Origin: Epiperipatus broadwayi
Lineage: Eukaryota; Animalia; Onychophora
Assembly: GCA_028023455.1 (NCBI GenBank)
Contig: JAQFVV010000010.1
Coordinates: 5,084,001 to 5,148,000, forward strand
Direction: 5' to 3'
Length of the DNA stretch: 64,000 nt
Shown piece by piece: positions 1 through 12,030 of the stretch. The notes under the pieces are model-generated. The model was given only the letters and a program-made list of their open reading frames with translations. It was not told the origin of the DNA and made no database searches. Made by a program: the position numbers and the translations under genes. Numbering within the stretch: position 1 is the first letter of the stretch; every line of letters starts with the position of its first letter.

Positions 1-1300
1 AATCCCCTGCAGAATGAAGATCTTTCTAAGATCAATCCATAGCCTCTCTTCTCCATATCACTCCAGCACACCGTGTTATTTCATTCATCCCTCTCTGATG
101 TGGTCTTTTTCAGGTCTTTTTCTCTTGGAATCCGGTTTAACATTTCAACTGTCTAATCTATTATCTATATTCAGTCCAACTCCACTTAAGTCTTTCAACG
201 ATGTCAATAACATCTGTTTGGTTTCTTACCCATGTATTGCATTTGCTATCCCTTCTTGTTACTCCTAACATACATTCTCTCCATATTTCATTGAATGGTC
301 TGAAGTCTCTGTATTGCTCTTTTTTTAAGTGTCCAAGTCTCAGATTCATAGGTAAGAACTGGTAAAACACATTTATTAAAAGTCTTCCTTTTCAAACAAA
401 TAAGCATTGTATTTCCTTTTAATATTAAATTACTTCTACCAAAAACACACCAACAAAGTTTAATTCCATGATTAATTTCATCCTTTATGTTTCCATCTGT
501 AGTAATAATTTGACTAAGGTATTTATAACTGTTAACTTCTTCTAACTCATCATTATCAATTTTTATTTCCATCTTTTGAGAAAATGCATTGAACATAACT
601 TGTCTTTTTAACATTTACTTTTAATCCTACTTTTTTACTTTTATGTAATAACTCTTGCAACATTTCTTGAAGCTCTAAAGCATTATTTGAAACATCTACA
701 TCAGTGGTCTTCAACCCTTGGTACACGGACCAGCAACTGGGCCAGAGAAGTTTTTTGCTGGTCCATGCTAGACTGGCAGGAAAGTTTGTAATAACAAAAT
801 AATAAGAGTTTAAACTTTTAATTAATATAAACAATTTTTATTTATTTTTTCATCTCATTTTTATCCAGTTAAAAAAAAACACAACAAAACAAAATCTAAT
901 CAATCATACATAAATTAATTTGTTTTTCTAGTTATCACAGATGTTTATGGGGGTGGGTGGGTGTAGAATTAAATTTTGTTATTACTTTTCTAAAAAAATT
1001 CAGAATTAAAAAAAGTTTTTTATTATACAAACTCCATATATATATAATTTTATCTTGTATTTTTAACATTGTTGTTTTGATCAGTTATAACAATTATTAT
1101 GCTCATCTAAAGCTAAGCAGTTTACATCTTTAAGAAAATTTATCTATAGACTTCTGCCAGTCCGTAAAACCTTATCCTTATTTTTACCAGTCTGCAAGTG
1201 TGAAAAGATTGAAGACTACTGATCTACATTATCTGCAAAATCTAGATGACTTAAATAATCTCTCATTTACTTTTATTCCGTTTTCCAATTTAATACAAAA
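1..1300 (-). mobile_element. RTE-clade LINE, decayed 3' half of RT region, interrupted by a hAT MITE at 702-1221
   Basis: Minus-strand ORFs 288-614 (NSYKYLSQIITTDGNIKDEINHGIKLCWCVFGR...CVLPVLTYESETW) and 161-370 (KRLKWSWT) match the RTE RT C-terminus. The RT 'RFADD' region resumes right of the MITE. Same family as 26895-29160. Confidence 0.9.
702..1221. mobile_element. hAT (Charlie/Buster-type) MITE
   Basis: Termini CAGTGGTCTTCAACC / GATTGAAGACTACTG; perfect 8-bp TSD ATCTACAT (694-701, 1222-1229); homologous over its length to 34421-34976. Confidence 0.92.
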
Positions 1301-1304
1301 AATA

Positions 1305-1750
1305 TTTCTCCACACCACCCCTGCACACTTTCTTATTTCATCCATCCATCTCACATGTGGTCACTTTCTGGGTCTTTTGCATCTCTTGGAATCCAGTTTA
1401 AGATTTCAATTGTCCATCTATTATCATCTCTTCTAATAATATGTCCAGTCCAACTCCACTTTAGTCTTTTAATTTTTTCAATAAGGTCATTAACATCTCC
1501 CGACATGCATCTCTCCATACTTCTTTTGAGTGGTCTGAAGTCTCTGTATTGCTCTTCTATTAAGTGTCCAAGTCTCAGATCCATAAGTAAGAACTGGTAA
1601 AACACATTTATTAAAAACCTTCCTTTTCAAACACAGGCATATATCCTTTTAGTATCAAGTTATTTCTACCAAAAGCACTCCAATCAAGTTTAATTCTATG
1701 ATTAATTCAATCCATTATGTTTCCATCTGTATTAATAATCTGACCAAGTA
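1305..1750 (-). mobile_element. RTE-clade LINE 3' fragment (second copy)
   Basis: Minus ORF 1351-1605 (IKRLKWSWTGHIIRRDDNRWTIEILNWIPRD) is the typical RTE C-terminus. Confidence 0.88.
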
Positions 1751-2299
1751 CTATCAAAAAGCCATTTTTTTCTTCTCTTAGCAATGTATGCAGTCACATT
1801 ATTTTGAAAAGTAAAATTTATAAATAATTGCTACGGTATATCAGTAGCCATTTTTCTCTCCCAGAATGCTATACACAATTGTATGTATTAATAAAATTTC
1901 TTCAGTTTACATTGAAAGCACATATATTTTATTCTTCCTTTATTATCCTTTCTAATTTGATGTGCAGTATTTTGCATAATAAAATATTTTCTAAGAGGAA
2001 TGCTAAAAGTTTTATAAAATTTTAAAATATACTTAAAGTTAATACTAATTAAAAAAAAAATTAGAAAGATTATAATTTCTTCATAAAGATACTTGTCTAT
2101 TATAATTATATAAGAGAAAAAAATTATTGAAAAAAAAAAAGAATATTGAACAAAGCCAGTATGAATACATGAGTGAACACATACTTTGTAAAATATATAC
2201 AAGTGTGTCTTAATTTATTATTAATAACTATATTAATATTAATTTTAATTTTTTTTAAAAATTTTTATAACATACATATAAAAAAACATTCGTGTAATG

Positions 2300-2786
2300 C
2301 TGAGGTGGGCAATTGTTTTGGCTGGGGGGCTGCAGAGGTTGGCGGAGGGCCACATCAGGGGCCACTTTGTGGAAGCAAATGTTAGCGGAAGGCTGCCTCT
2401 TTTTTTCATGACACAATAAACACACTGCTTTATTTCCTGTATTACCAAAGAAATATTTGTTTGTCCATTCTTCATTAAACACATGACATTCATTACCGAT
2501 TTTACATTTTTTCAGAGGGTTCATAGTTTCACTGAAGTTGGAAATGTATATATTTGCTAATGCAAAGACAAAATTGAAATTAACCAGATCAACTGGAGAA
2601 ACACTGCACATTGTATTTACACTGCACATGTGTATTGATGTGGCCATCCTAGTGGAAAATACGAGACAAATCTTCGGTCATGCACGGGAAGGAAATCTCA
2701 TGAATTTTTCTGATTGTCTTGGTGGGCTGCGTCAAAACTCTTAGCAGGCCGCATGTGGCCCTCAGGCCACTATTTGCCCACCCCCG
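2300..2786 (-). mobile_element. Internally deleted hAT transposon of the Buster/SPIN (GTF2IRD2-like) type
   Basis: Minus ORF contains NECHVFNEEWTNKYFFGNTGNKAVCLLCHEKK, the N-terminal zinc-binding region of Buster/SPIN transposases. Termini CTGAGGTGGGCAA / TTGCCCACCCCCG resemble CAGGGGTGGGCAA TIRs. No intact TSD seen. Confidence 0.8.
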
Positions 2787-3849
2787 GATCTGAGTATTGA
2801 TAGTTTAATAAACAAGAAATAAAGATGATTCTCAACTTTCTTACCTAATTGTTTCCTGAATTGTGCATGAAAGTTAAAAAGTAAAAAAGTAAAGCAACAT
2901 AAAATATCAAAAAGTGTTTTTGAAATATTTATTTTTTAATGAGGTGTATTAGCATATACATAAATAACACTTTATTAATTAGCATCTGTTTCCTTTATTA
3001 ATTTATCAAGAAATAGTTGAATTGTACTTTTCTTGATAGTCGGAATACCAAGATTAATTATGGATAATTACAGACAATAAAAATCATTATATATATATCA
3101 CATTAATGCAATAATTATATATTTAAAAAAAATTATACTTACTATCAGATTTTTAAAAATTTATAATCCTGTCCAATAATTAATTTCTTAATAAAAAAAT
3201 TAATAAATTGACATTTAATTGCTTTTGATATATTAGTCTTTCAATTATGGTCTAGAAAATAAAAAAAAATATTTTTTTAAACTTAACCCCCTCCCTCTAC
3301 CTTTTCTCATTTTCTATAAATTTAAAAAATTTTTGTTATTAAATTTATGGAAAAATAAAAAAAGATAGTGAGAAAGAATTAAGTTTTAATGTTTTAAAAA
3401 GGGTTTTTTGTTTTCCTAGCAATAATTGAAAGACAAAAGTGTCATAAGCAATTAAATGTCAATTTATTTTTTTATTAATAATTTAATTATTAGACATGAT
3501 TATATGTTTTTTAAAAAATCTGTTAGTAAGTGTAATTTTAAATATATATAATTATTGCATTAATTTGATATATATATAATGAATTTTATTGCCCGTAATT
3601 ATCCATAATCAATCTTGGTGCATGGGCTAATTCATAAGCATCTTCTTTTTCTTTTCTTGATAAAAAGTTCTGTATCATGCTGTGCCTTCTTCTATTGCCC
3701 TTGTACAAAATAGTGAATTGTATGAAAATAGAATGTATGAAAGTCAAGGACCACTTGTGTTCTATTCTAATCAATGTTTATCAAGGAAGCAAATGTTCAA
3801 ATGTTAAAAAAAAAAAACAAGTCCTAATTTTTTTACAGAATTATTAATT

Positions 3850-4170
3850 ACGACTTTTTCCTATTTCCAATCCACAGACCAAGGACAATATTACTTGACT
3901 TTCCACTTATGCATTTAAGAACAATTATCTTTACTCTTTTCTAGAACTAAACTATTACTGGAGATAAGAATTTTATATCAATTTCATCTGATGTCCATTA
4001 ATGACTTTAGAATAGAGTTAAGATAGCTTCCCAATTTGCATGCATAATTTCTAACACTAAGAAGTTCAGGCCACCATGTTTCAGATGCTTAAAGACTGAC
4101 TCTTCTTAATTGATGCTTCCCAATTTCACTGACGGTTGCATAAAACTATAAAAACAGTCAAGCATATATA
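3850..4170 (-). mobile_element. Highly decayed RTE-like LINE RT fragment
   Basis: Frameshifted minus-strand remnants resembling the 'YLGS...DEIDIKI...' thumb region; no intact ORF. Confidence 0.3.
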
Positions 4171-4519
4171 ATCCAAAAACATAGTAGTATGAACAATGTC
4201 ATTTGGATTTATCTAGGAAAAACTAAAAATTAAAATTCAAATAAATAAATGCCGCAGTTATAAAGAAATATTTGTTTTATTCTGATCTTTCATTCTTTGT
4301 AAATAAAAATGAAATTAAAATTAAATATCATTCGGCATTTGCTACAAGTCAGTTCATGCATACTTTACTAGAGACTTTTTCCTCCAAGCCTTTTGCAAGA
4401 ATTTTAAAATATTTATATACTCCCTTCTTTAAGCTCATTCAATCTTTTTTTTAATTTTTTTTATAATCTCTTCTGCCATAAATTTAATAATAAATTTTAT
4501 TTCAAAATATATATCTGAT

Positions 4520-5110
4520 CCAAACCATATTTGTTATTCAACTTATAAGTATCAAAGAAATATTCATATATGCACACATATATTGGTAAGTCCATGTGCA
4601 TTTTACAATAAACAAACATATGTGCATATAAAGTTCAAATAACTTTTATACTGCCCTCAAGCTAACTGCCAAGCTATGGGGAGATCCGGACTAACAGCCA
4701 ATAGAGTAGCGCAAGACAAATATACCTACAATAAAACTAAAACCAAGCAGGAAGGCAATTCCATCTTCTGCGAACACGAAAGAGCATCAGGCCACAAATT
4801 TGAACCCACCTCTGCCAGCGTCGTACGCTCCGAAAGACACGATGCCCGACACAAGGTTAGAGAGGCGTTTCATATAGCTAGCGACCCCAAGTCCATCAAT
4901 AGAAGAGAAGCATGCTTTGCACTGTCTCGGAAATGGCAGTTATAGCTCATTTGCATCAATTTGCATAAATTTCCATTTCTACAACGCAACTATAGCAACA
5001 GCAGCTATGAGTATGAGAGCAAGAAGTCTCTTGAAAGCGCTAAGCTCTATATTTTAAGTTTTATATTTTAGTAAAAGTTCGCTTTTAAACATATATTTTC
5101 TAGCTTCATT
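4520..5110 (+). mobile_element. Penelope-like element 3' end: GIY-YIG endonuclease C-terminus plus pseudo-LTR
   Basis: TYIGKS remnant near 4578. ORF 4676-4945 ends EHERASGHKFEPTSASVVRSERHDARHKVREAFHIASDPKSINRREACFALSRKW, the typical PLE endonuclease tail. A hammerhead-like motif and a T-rich tail follow. Confidence 0.8.
5003..5046 (+). ncRNA. Candidate type-I hammerhead ribozyme variant (A3:U8 core, short stem III)
   Basis: AGCU-AUGAGUA-U-GAGAG(CAAGAAGU)CUCUU-GAAA-GCGC-UA/AGCU; same architecture at 41319-41359, 41653-41693 and 63915-63956. Confidence 0.6.
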
Positions 5111-6815
5111 ATCTCTGCATACAGCGCATATATATATATGTTTAATGAATAATATAATTTGGGATTAAATGTTGGTGAAAGAATTTATCAAAAAAATTTG
5201 AGTTTGATTTTTGTAGTCTCATAAAGTAATCCAGCTGGACAGCAAATGCTGATGGTAAACAGATATCTAGCTATTCATAGCTGAAAAATAAAAAAATTCA
5301 GACAGTGTGGATAGATCAGATGACTTTTCTGACTATAAAAAAAAAAAAAACATGATTATAATACTATTGACGGGAAGAATTGTAAACTAGCTTTTCCTTT
5401 ATAAACAGTATAAAGTTAAAAATATAATTTAAAAAATAAATATTTAAACTATTTTTATTGAAAATTATTCTATTTTAAATTTATTTTTGCATAATTGCCA
5501 TATTTAATTAATTCATTAATCTTCTGAAATAATTTTCATTATATATAAAAAAAACTATATTAATTTGCAATATTAACAGCCATTGTTAAAAACAATATAT
5601 AAAAATTGTAGAATAATATATCATTTCAAAGATAATGCATGAATTTTTAAACAAAGATCACTTATAAAAAAATCTGTTTTCTTTGGGGGAAAAAAATGAA
5701 TTTTTGAAATGGCTTATAACACAAGTATGCTATCTAGGGCATATATTATGGTAAGTATAAATTAAATTAATATTTAGAATTACAAATTGAGTTTATTTTA
5801 AAATATAAAAATCAAAAAATGAGATTATTAAATAAATAATTCTTAAATTTTATTTGTATTGAAAATAAATGTCATTTTAAAATAAAAATATTTTATATCT
5901 AAGTTTTTGGAGAGTTATTACTATATTGTCACGTTTAGATAAAAAAAGAGGGTACGTTGAAGAAGTCTTGTATGTTATGCTTATGAAAGACAAACATATT
6001 TGCTTGTCATACATTTAAACTAGAACTCAATTATGGGCCGGGTAAATTTCCAAATAGGTTTAGGATTTTTCTTCCAAATAATTATTCATACAATTATTGG
6101 TCAACAAATAGGTATCTAGCTATTCTTGAATAGAAAGTAATATAATGATGAAAAACAGTAAATCTTCCATTGTCTGGCAATTGGCAAACTTACTAAGCAA
6201 TGTCTTCTGTGTCATTGTTCCAACTGAATGAAGAGATCTGTTGTAAAAACTTATAACGAATTATTGAAGGCATTTTTAAACATTTTTTAACCATTTAGGA
6301 AGCAGACTTTTGAAATTTGGTTTTACTGTAATTATAATAAGTAAATTACATTCTATCTACATTAAATAAATTAAGACACATATTGACTTTTAATTGAATA
6401 AGAAAATTGAAAGTAGCATTATAAATGAGTCATCAAGTGTATAAAACAAAAATTTCACAAATATTTAAAGCACGGATGGATGGGAAATATAATTTAATCA
6501 CATCCTGCAAAAAATTTTATATCAGAAAATAAAACAAACAAAAAAAAATCATTTTACTTGCATTTTGAGTTAATTCTGCTAGCAGTTAATAATATTCATT
6601 AAATATGAACTAGGAATTTTATAATCAATATGGCTGAAAAATGCGACTAGAGCAAAAACAAAGTCGGGTTATAGTAAATATTTTTAATAATATTGATGAT
6701 CTACTAGAAGCAAGAACCATTTACTGATTAATTACAAATATAAAGTTATCTTAATTTCAGTAATTGGGTATTCCACAAATTTAAACACTTAACAATGATC
6801 TTCAATTTCTGATTC

Positions 6816-7297
6816 AAAACAGGCAAAACTCTCCATACAGTAATGCCACTCAGTGCAAGCTAGAGTAATCAATGGATGCCTGAAGGCTTGTGCATAAAAT
6901 CTTTATCTAGTGCCTACTCATCTAATATCCCTGACTAGTTTCTAGTTTGTGGCTTTCGTCAGTAAGGAGCCTTGAATCTGAGAGCACTGCACCTAGATCT
7001 TAGGATCTAATGCAATGCTCCAGCAGCCGCCACATTTTATCTCTACTTAACTACAAAACAGAATAAAATTAAAAACATAATATTTTCAATCCAAGTTCAT
7101 TAGATTATACAATCATATAGGTCTGAACTCAGTTCAGTACCCATACATTTTGATGTCTTTGGTTCTTTAATAACCATAGCCACTACTATGCTATTAAGCA
7201 GGATTGGTATTATACCACTAAACATCACATGATCACCATTTCTTCTATAACTGTTATTAAAACAGGCAAAACTTTCCGTATAGTAGTGCCACTCAGT
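6816..7297 (-). repeat. ~443-bp hammerhead-bearing non-coding repeat, ~1.1-mer
   Basis: AAAACAGGCAAAACT..CC.TA.AGTA.TGCCACTCAGT at 6816 and again at 7259 (period 443). Hammerhead-like motif on the minus strand at 6928-6968. Homologues at 17805-18725, 21049-21178, 25399-26092, 57076 and 60091-60234. Confidence 0.85.
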
Positions 7298-8806
7298 TTA
7301 GTGTTTTAATTTCTGATCTCATATAAAGTATCCATTAGGTAAATTATTAATAATTTACCTCATATATTAACACAATGTTTTAAAATTCATTTGGGTTTTG
7401 TTTGAATTAACTAAATCATCATAAATAATCAACATCTTTGACCATTCTTCATATGTTATATTTTAAACAATTATTTCTGAATTAGATCAGGAAGTACACA
7501 AAAGTATATAATGGATGTCTATTAACCTTATTTTGTTAAACTGATGAATATGATTTCATTTCAACATTCCTCCATAAGTTAAAAAAATAATTGTCCTATG
7601 TTTATGACAATTCTCAACTTTCATATTCTCTATTATATAATCAACCTTTAATTTAAATATGTAGTGTGAATACAGTGAGTAATTGATGCTAGAAAATTCT
7701 CATTTTTGTATACATTCTGTAGTCTATGAAACAACAGGGGTAAACTTAAAAAAACATGCAGTCAATTTTTTTAAAAAAAACTTTATAATCAATATCATCT
7801 ATAATAATTATGAGGTCTATAAGCTAGAAGAGTTAAAAATGTTTAAGTTGAAGCTCAATCTAACACTTCTAATATTCAAAAGACATATATCTAATCATTA
7901 ATAAAATTATTTTTAATCAGCTATTAACAAATAATATTTTCCTATATATTCAATATAAATGCAAAAACAATTTCCAAACTTTCAGTTTCATATTAATGCT
8001 AAGAAAACAATTCAGCATAAAAATTTTTTTATCCATGTATTTCATATGAGTGCATGCTGGTTAATAGACTAATAGAGACTTATAAACAAATGAATTCATA
8101 ATTTATAATGCTTTTTACAGGATGAATTCTGTTAACATAAAAATTTCACAAAAAGTAATAATAAGGTTTGTGATGACAATATAGATAATAGTTCTTATAT
8201 ATTAATAAATAAAAAGGCTCAAAATTAATGTAACATAATTACACACAACTACAATTTTAAAATACCTAATTAAAATTATACTTTATATCAGTAAAGTGAA
8301 TAGATAATGAATGTATTATATTGTTTATCATGCAGAGCACAATCCTATTGTAATAATGAATACATTTTTAACTCTTCGTCCAGTGTTATTTTTGTTTTGC
8401 ACTTTTCATCACAAATATCTTAATTTCTTTTAAGTTGTTTATATTAAAATAATTTATCAGTTTGGATTTCTGAAATATTCTTTATTGATTTTTAATTATG
8501 ATTACAATATACTAATGCATCAAGAGTGGATTTTCATAGATCCAATTTCTAATATTTCTGATCTGAATTCAGGTCTGTTATTTTTTATTTTCTTAGCATG
8601 TAGAAGGATAATATTTACATGAATGTTTGTTTTACATTTTAGAAATTTTTCCCCAAACCAAAAGAAAACAAAAAATGTTCCCATTGATTATGATCAACCC
8701 TCTTCAAAACCAAGTCATTCATATCACAGTTTGATCATGAATATTCTAGCATTTATGTATCCCACAAAATAATTTAATATGATAAAAGGGTTTAGTATTG
8801 AAGCAT

Positions 8807-10054
8807 TGAAGCAGTCAATGTCTAATCATCATTGAACTTCATGCTTAACCATCTACACTAACCTCCTATGGGGCCTGCAATTCAGACCCCACTGTAAATA
8901 TATGCCATTCACCCACACACTGTATGCATAATGATCCAAAAACATTAATAAGATATTTAGCAAAGTAAAACAGTAGGGTGAGTGATGCATATATATATAT
9001 GAACGAAGCAATAATTTTATTTATTGCTGAATATTAGATGTTTTCTTTATATAATTGTAAATATCTTTTTATATATGTGTATTTAATTAAACTAGTGGAA
9101 TGTAACGACAAAGAAAGATGGGGAGGGCTCGAAATACTGAAATTATCTTTATCTATAGTCAGATTGTTTTCATTAATTAAAATTATAAATCTTAATTAAA
9201 ATTCTTTTTTAGTTGTTTTCAAATCTCTAAAAATAGCTAAAATGGTATTTCCAGCCTTATCTGTTTTATTTTGTTAATTAACTATTTTACTAATCAAACA
9301 TGTTTTTTTTTAATTAAGAGATAGCTGTGGGCAACTGAGATTGCATTCTTGGTGGGATTAAGGTGGATAAAAAAAAGGCCCATAGAACAAAAGAGTTTTT
9401 TTTTCAGTTGAGATTTGAGTCAGTTGAGTTGAGTTCTTTTTCAGTCAGTTACTTTCAAAGGGTTTCAAGACCGTAACATTTTAAGAAGTCAAGAGAAGTT
9501 CGGTGCTATGAATTGTGAGTAGAAAAGAAGCACCTTTTTTTCTTCTTCTCTCGAAGAACTGTCTGCCTGCCACTGCCATGTTCCATCTAGCTGACCATAC
9601 AACATGATTACTTCTGACTGCTGATTGCTAATGATGCCGCTATGCTGTTTTTTTCTTAGGTAACCTTTTAACGTAGAACTGTCTTCATAAGTCAATACTT
9701 TTGTAATTTGTAATCTATAGTTCAACCTTCATATCTTAATTTATATATTATTTTATAAGCTTCTGCTAAATTTTGCTTTTAAACTCTCTCTCAGTAATCT
9801 TTTATTAATATCATGTATTTTAACTTACCTTTCACGCTTAATTAAATTATATATATAAATATGGGCACGGATTTAAAATAATTTTACTGTGTCATCAGAA
9901 TTGTTGTTCATTGGGTCAGAGATTCGAAGAATAGGCAAATAGGTTAGAATTCAGGATTGCTCCAGACCTGTGTATCTCGAGAAGGATCGGGTTCGAGGTA
10001 CTTTTGCTTAAGATTTGAATCTTGTTAAGTGAGCATACTATTTTGACCGGTACA
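8807..10054 (+). repeat. 5' LTR
   Basis: TGAAGCAG...GGTACA; about 17 substitutions plus a few homopolymer/dinucleotide indels versus the 3' LTR, counted by eye. Confidence 0.95.
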
Positions 10055-11109
10055 GTGGATTTTTTTTTCCGGGCTTGGCTTCCCATGTGAGGCTTCGATA
10101 TAAACACCCACATACCCTGAGCACTGAATTCTGTTTATATGTATGTTTTAAAAAAGGTTGTAAGAGATCATTGATGATAGACATGTATATTTCCTTCCTA
10201 CCCGAGTTTGTTTTCTGATTTTATATATATAAAATGTGAAAATTTTGTATTAAAACCAATGTCCATGTGTTGCAACCACAAATGTAAATGGTTTTTGTTG
10301 TATCTGGTTTTGCAACTATAGAAAAATATTGTTTTCCATGTTGACAGCCACAAATGTAAAAATCTTGTTTTAAAAATGAAAAAAAAATTCCGATACCCAT
10401 GTGTTACAACCTTAAGTGATTTTTTTTCCTGTATCTGGTTTTATATCCATATAAAATGTGTTTCTTATATTATATACATGAAAATGAAAATGTTTACAAA
10501 TAAAACCCATGTACTTCAGCCATAAGTTATAAACCTTGAAATTATAACAAGGTGCACTTCATGTGTCATTCATTTTCGGTACATTATATATGTAATAGAG
10601 TTTATTATATGTAACATACTTATTTATATTTACTAGTTGAGTAGCCCAGATGTATTTGGAATTGTTTTTTTTTTGTTATGTCCTGTTGGCTGGCACCAAA
10701 TAAATGTGCCAACAGTAATATAATAAAATATGTGTCAAAATGAGTTCAAACCAGGTTATTAGGGGTTTGAGAGAGAGTTAAATTATATTTCCACTGTTTT
10801 TCTATGTATAATTGTCATGAGCAGAACATTATATTGTAGAAACAAATAACTAATCATTTTTTTTTTGTAAGAGTCTATTATAGGTGCAGAAAAACAACCA
10901 AAAGTCAAGCAGCAAGGCAGTTGAATTTCAATAGATCATACACATACATGTTATGATCAAATATTTTTTTTCCAGTTATAAGCAGCAGTCCTCAGCAAAA
11001 AAAAAAAAATGGCAGAATGGAGACAGTTGAAGAGAGGAGGGAAAGAGGTGTATAATTCATGAAGAAATAATATAAAAAGGAAGTCAGAAAGTATAGCAAC
11101 CAAAATTTC

Positions 11110-12030
11110 ATGCTTAAAGAATTCTTTAAAAAAGTAGAAGGGAATTTTATAAATAAAATGAGGCATCAGGAACTACCCATCACTGGACAATTTATGCAGA
11201 TCCAGATCTTCCATGGTGAACCACAGGAGAGTCCACAGGAACATATGGAAAATCTGAAGGCAATGTTTTCACTCTATGCACTGAGCAGTGGGGAACAAAT
11301 GGCCATAGCTAGCCAGCATTTGGAGGCAATCGCTAAAGACTGGTGGCGATCATTGATACACAAACCAACAGATCTCGAAGAATACTGCCGGGTACTATGC
11401 AAGATTTTTTGGAGTAAAGAAAGACAGGAGTATATTTTGCACACTATAATCAATGAAAAATTTCCAACTAATCACCAAGAAACATATGCACAATTCTTTT
11501 TAAAGCAAGTCGCAAGACTCAGATCTCTACCAGGTATCACATGGTCAGAATCACATATTATCTGTACCATACGACAGAACATGCCGATGAAGGTGCAGGA
11601 AATGATGATCATAAGCCGGATCAACAAGATAAATGAAATGACTGAGTTTTTGGTTTCAATAGACTATGGATTCAGGAATCCAGAAACAGATGGAACCCCA
11701 AAATTGAACCCAGAACAAAGGAAGGGGGACATACAGGAATGCCCAGAATATTTAAAGAGACAACGTAATCAGTTTAAACCAGATGGTAGCCAGATGACTA
11801 ACATAATATGGGAAAAAGAAAGCATTGAGAATGTTACAACCACAAGCTTGTGTCCTATTATTGAAGTGATGATAAAATCCACCAAAGTATTAGCACTAGT
11901 GGATTCAGGAAGCCAAGCATCGATCGTATCAAAGGCATGGATTAAAAGTATAGAGAGAGAGAAGGGGAGATCATGCAATTGCCAACATGTCCCATCCAGT
12001 TGCCCTTGGCTAATGGGAAAAGAATCATGA
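11110..12030 (+). CDS. Gypsy gag fused to aspartic protease N-part (frameshifted after the active site)
   Basis: Retrotransposon-gag motif FHGEPQESPQEHMENL...AKDWW; protease active site LALVDSGSQASIVS. Confidence 0.85.
   Translation: MLKEFFKKVEGNFINKMRHQELPITGQFMQIQIFHGEPQESPQEHMENLKAMFSLYALSSGEQMAIASQHLEAIAKDWWRSLIHKPTDLEEYCRVLCKIFWSKERQEYILHTIINEKFPTNHQETYAQFFLKQVARLRSLPGITWSESHIICTIRQNMPMKVQEMMIISRINKINEMTEFLVSIDYGFRNPETDGTPKLNPEQRKGDIQECPEYLKRQRNQFKPDGSQMTNIIWEKESIENVTTTSLCPIIEVMIKSTKVLALVDSGSQASIVSKAWIKSIEREKGRSCNCQHVPSSCPWLMGKES

Noticed and set aside
2292-2794. 8-bp TSD for the Buster-type element
   Set aside because: Flanks GTGTAATG and GATCTGAG do not match.
9489-9725. 78-aa minus-strand ORF present identically in both LTRs (also 15845-16081)
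   Set aside because: Identity simply reflects LTR youth; no recognisable domain.
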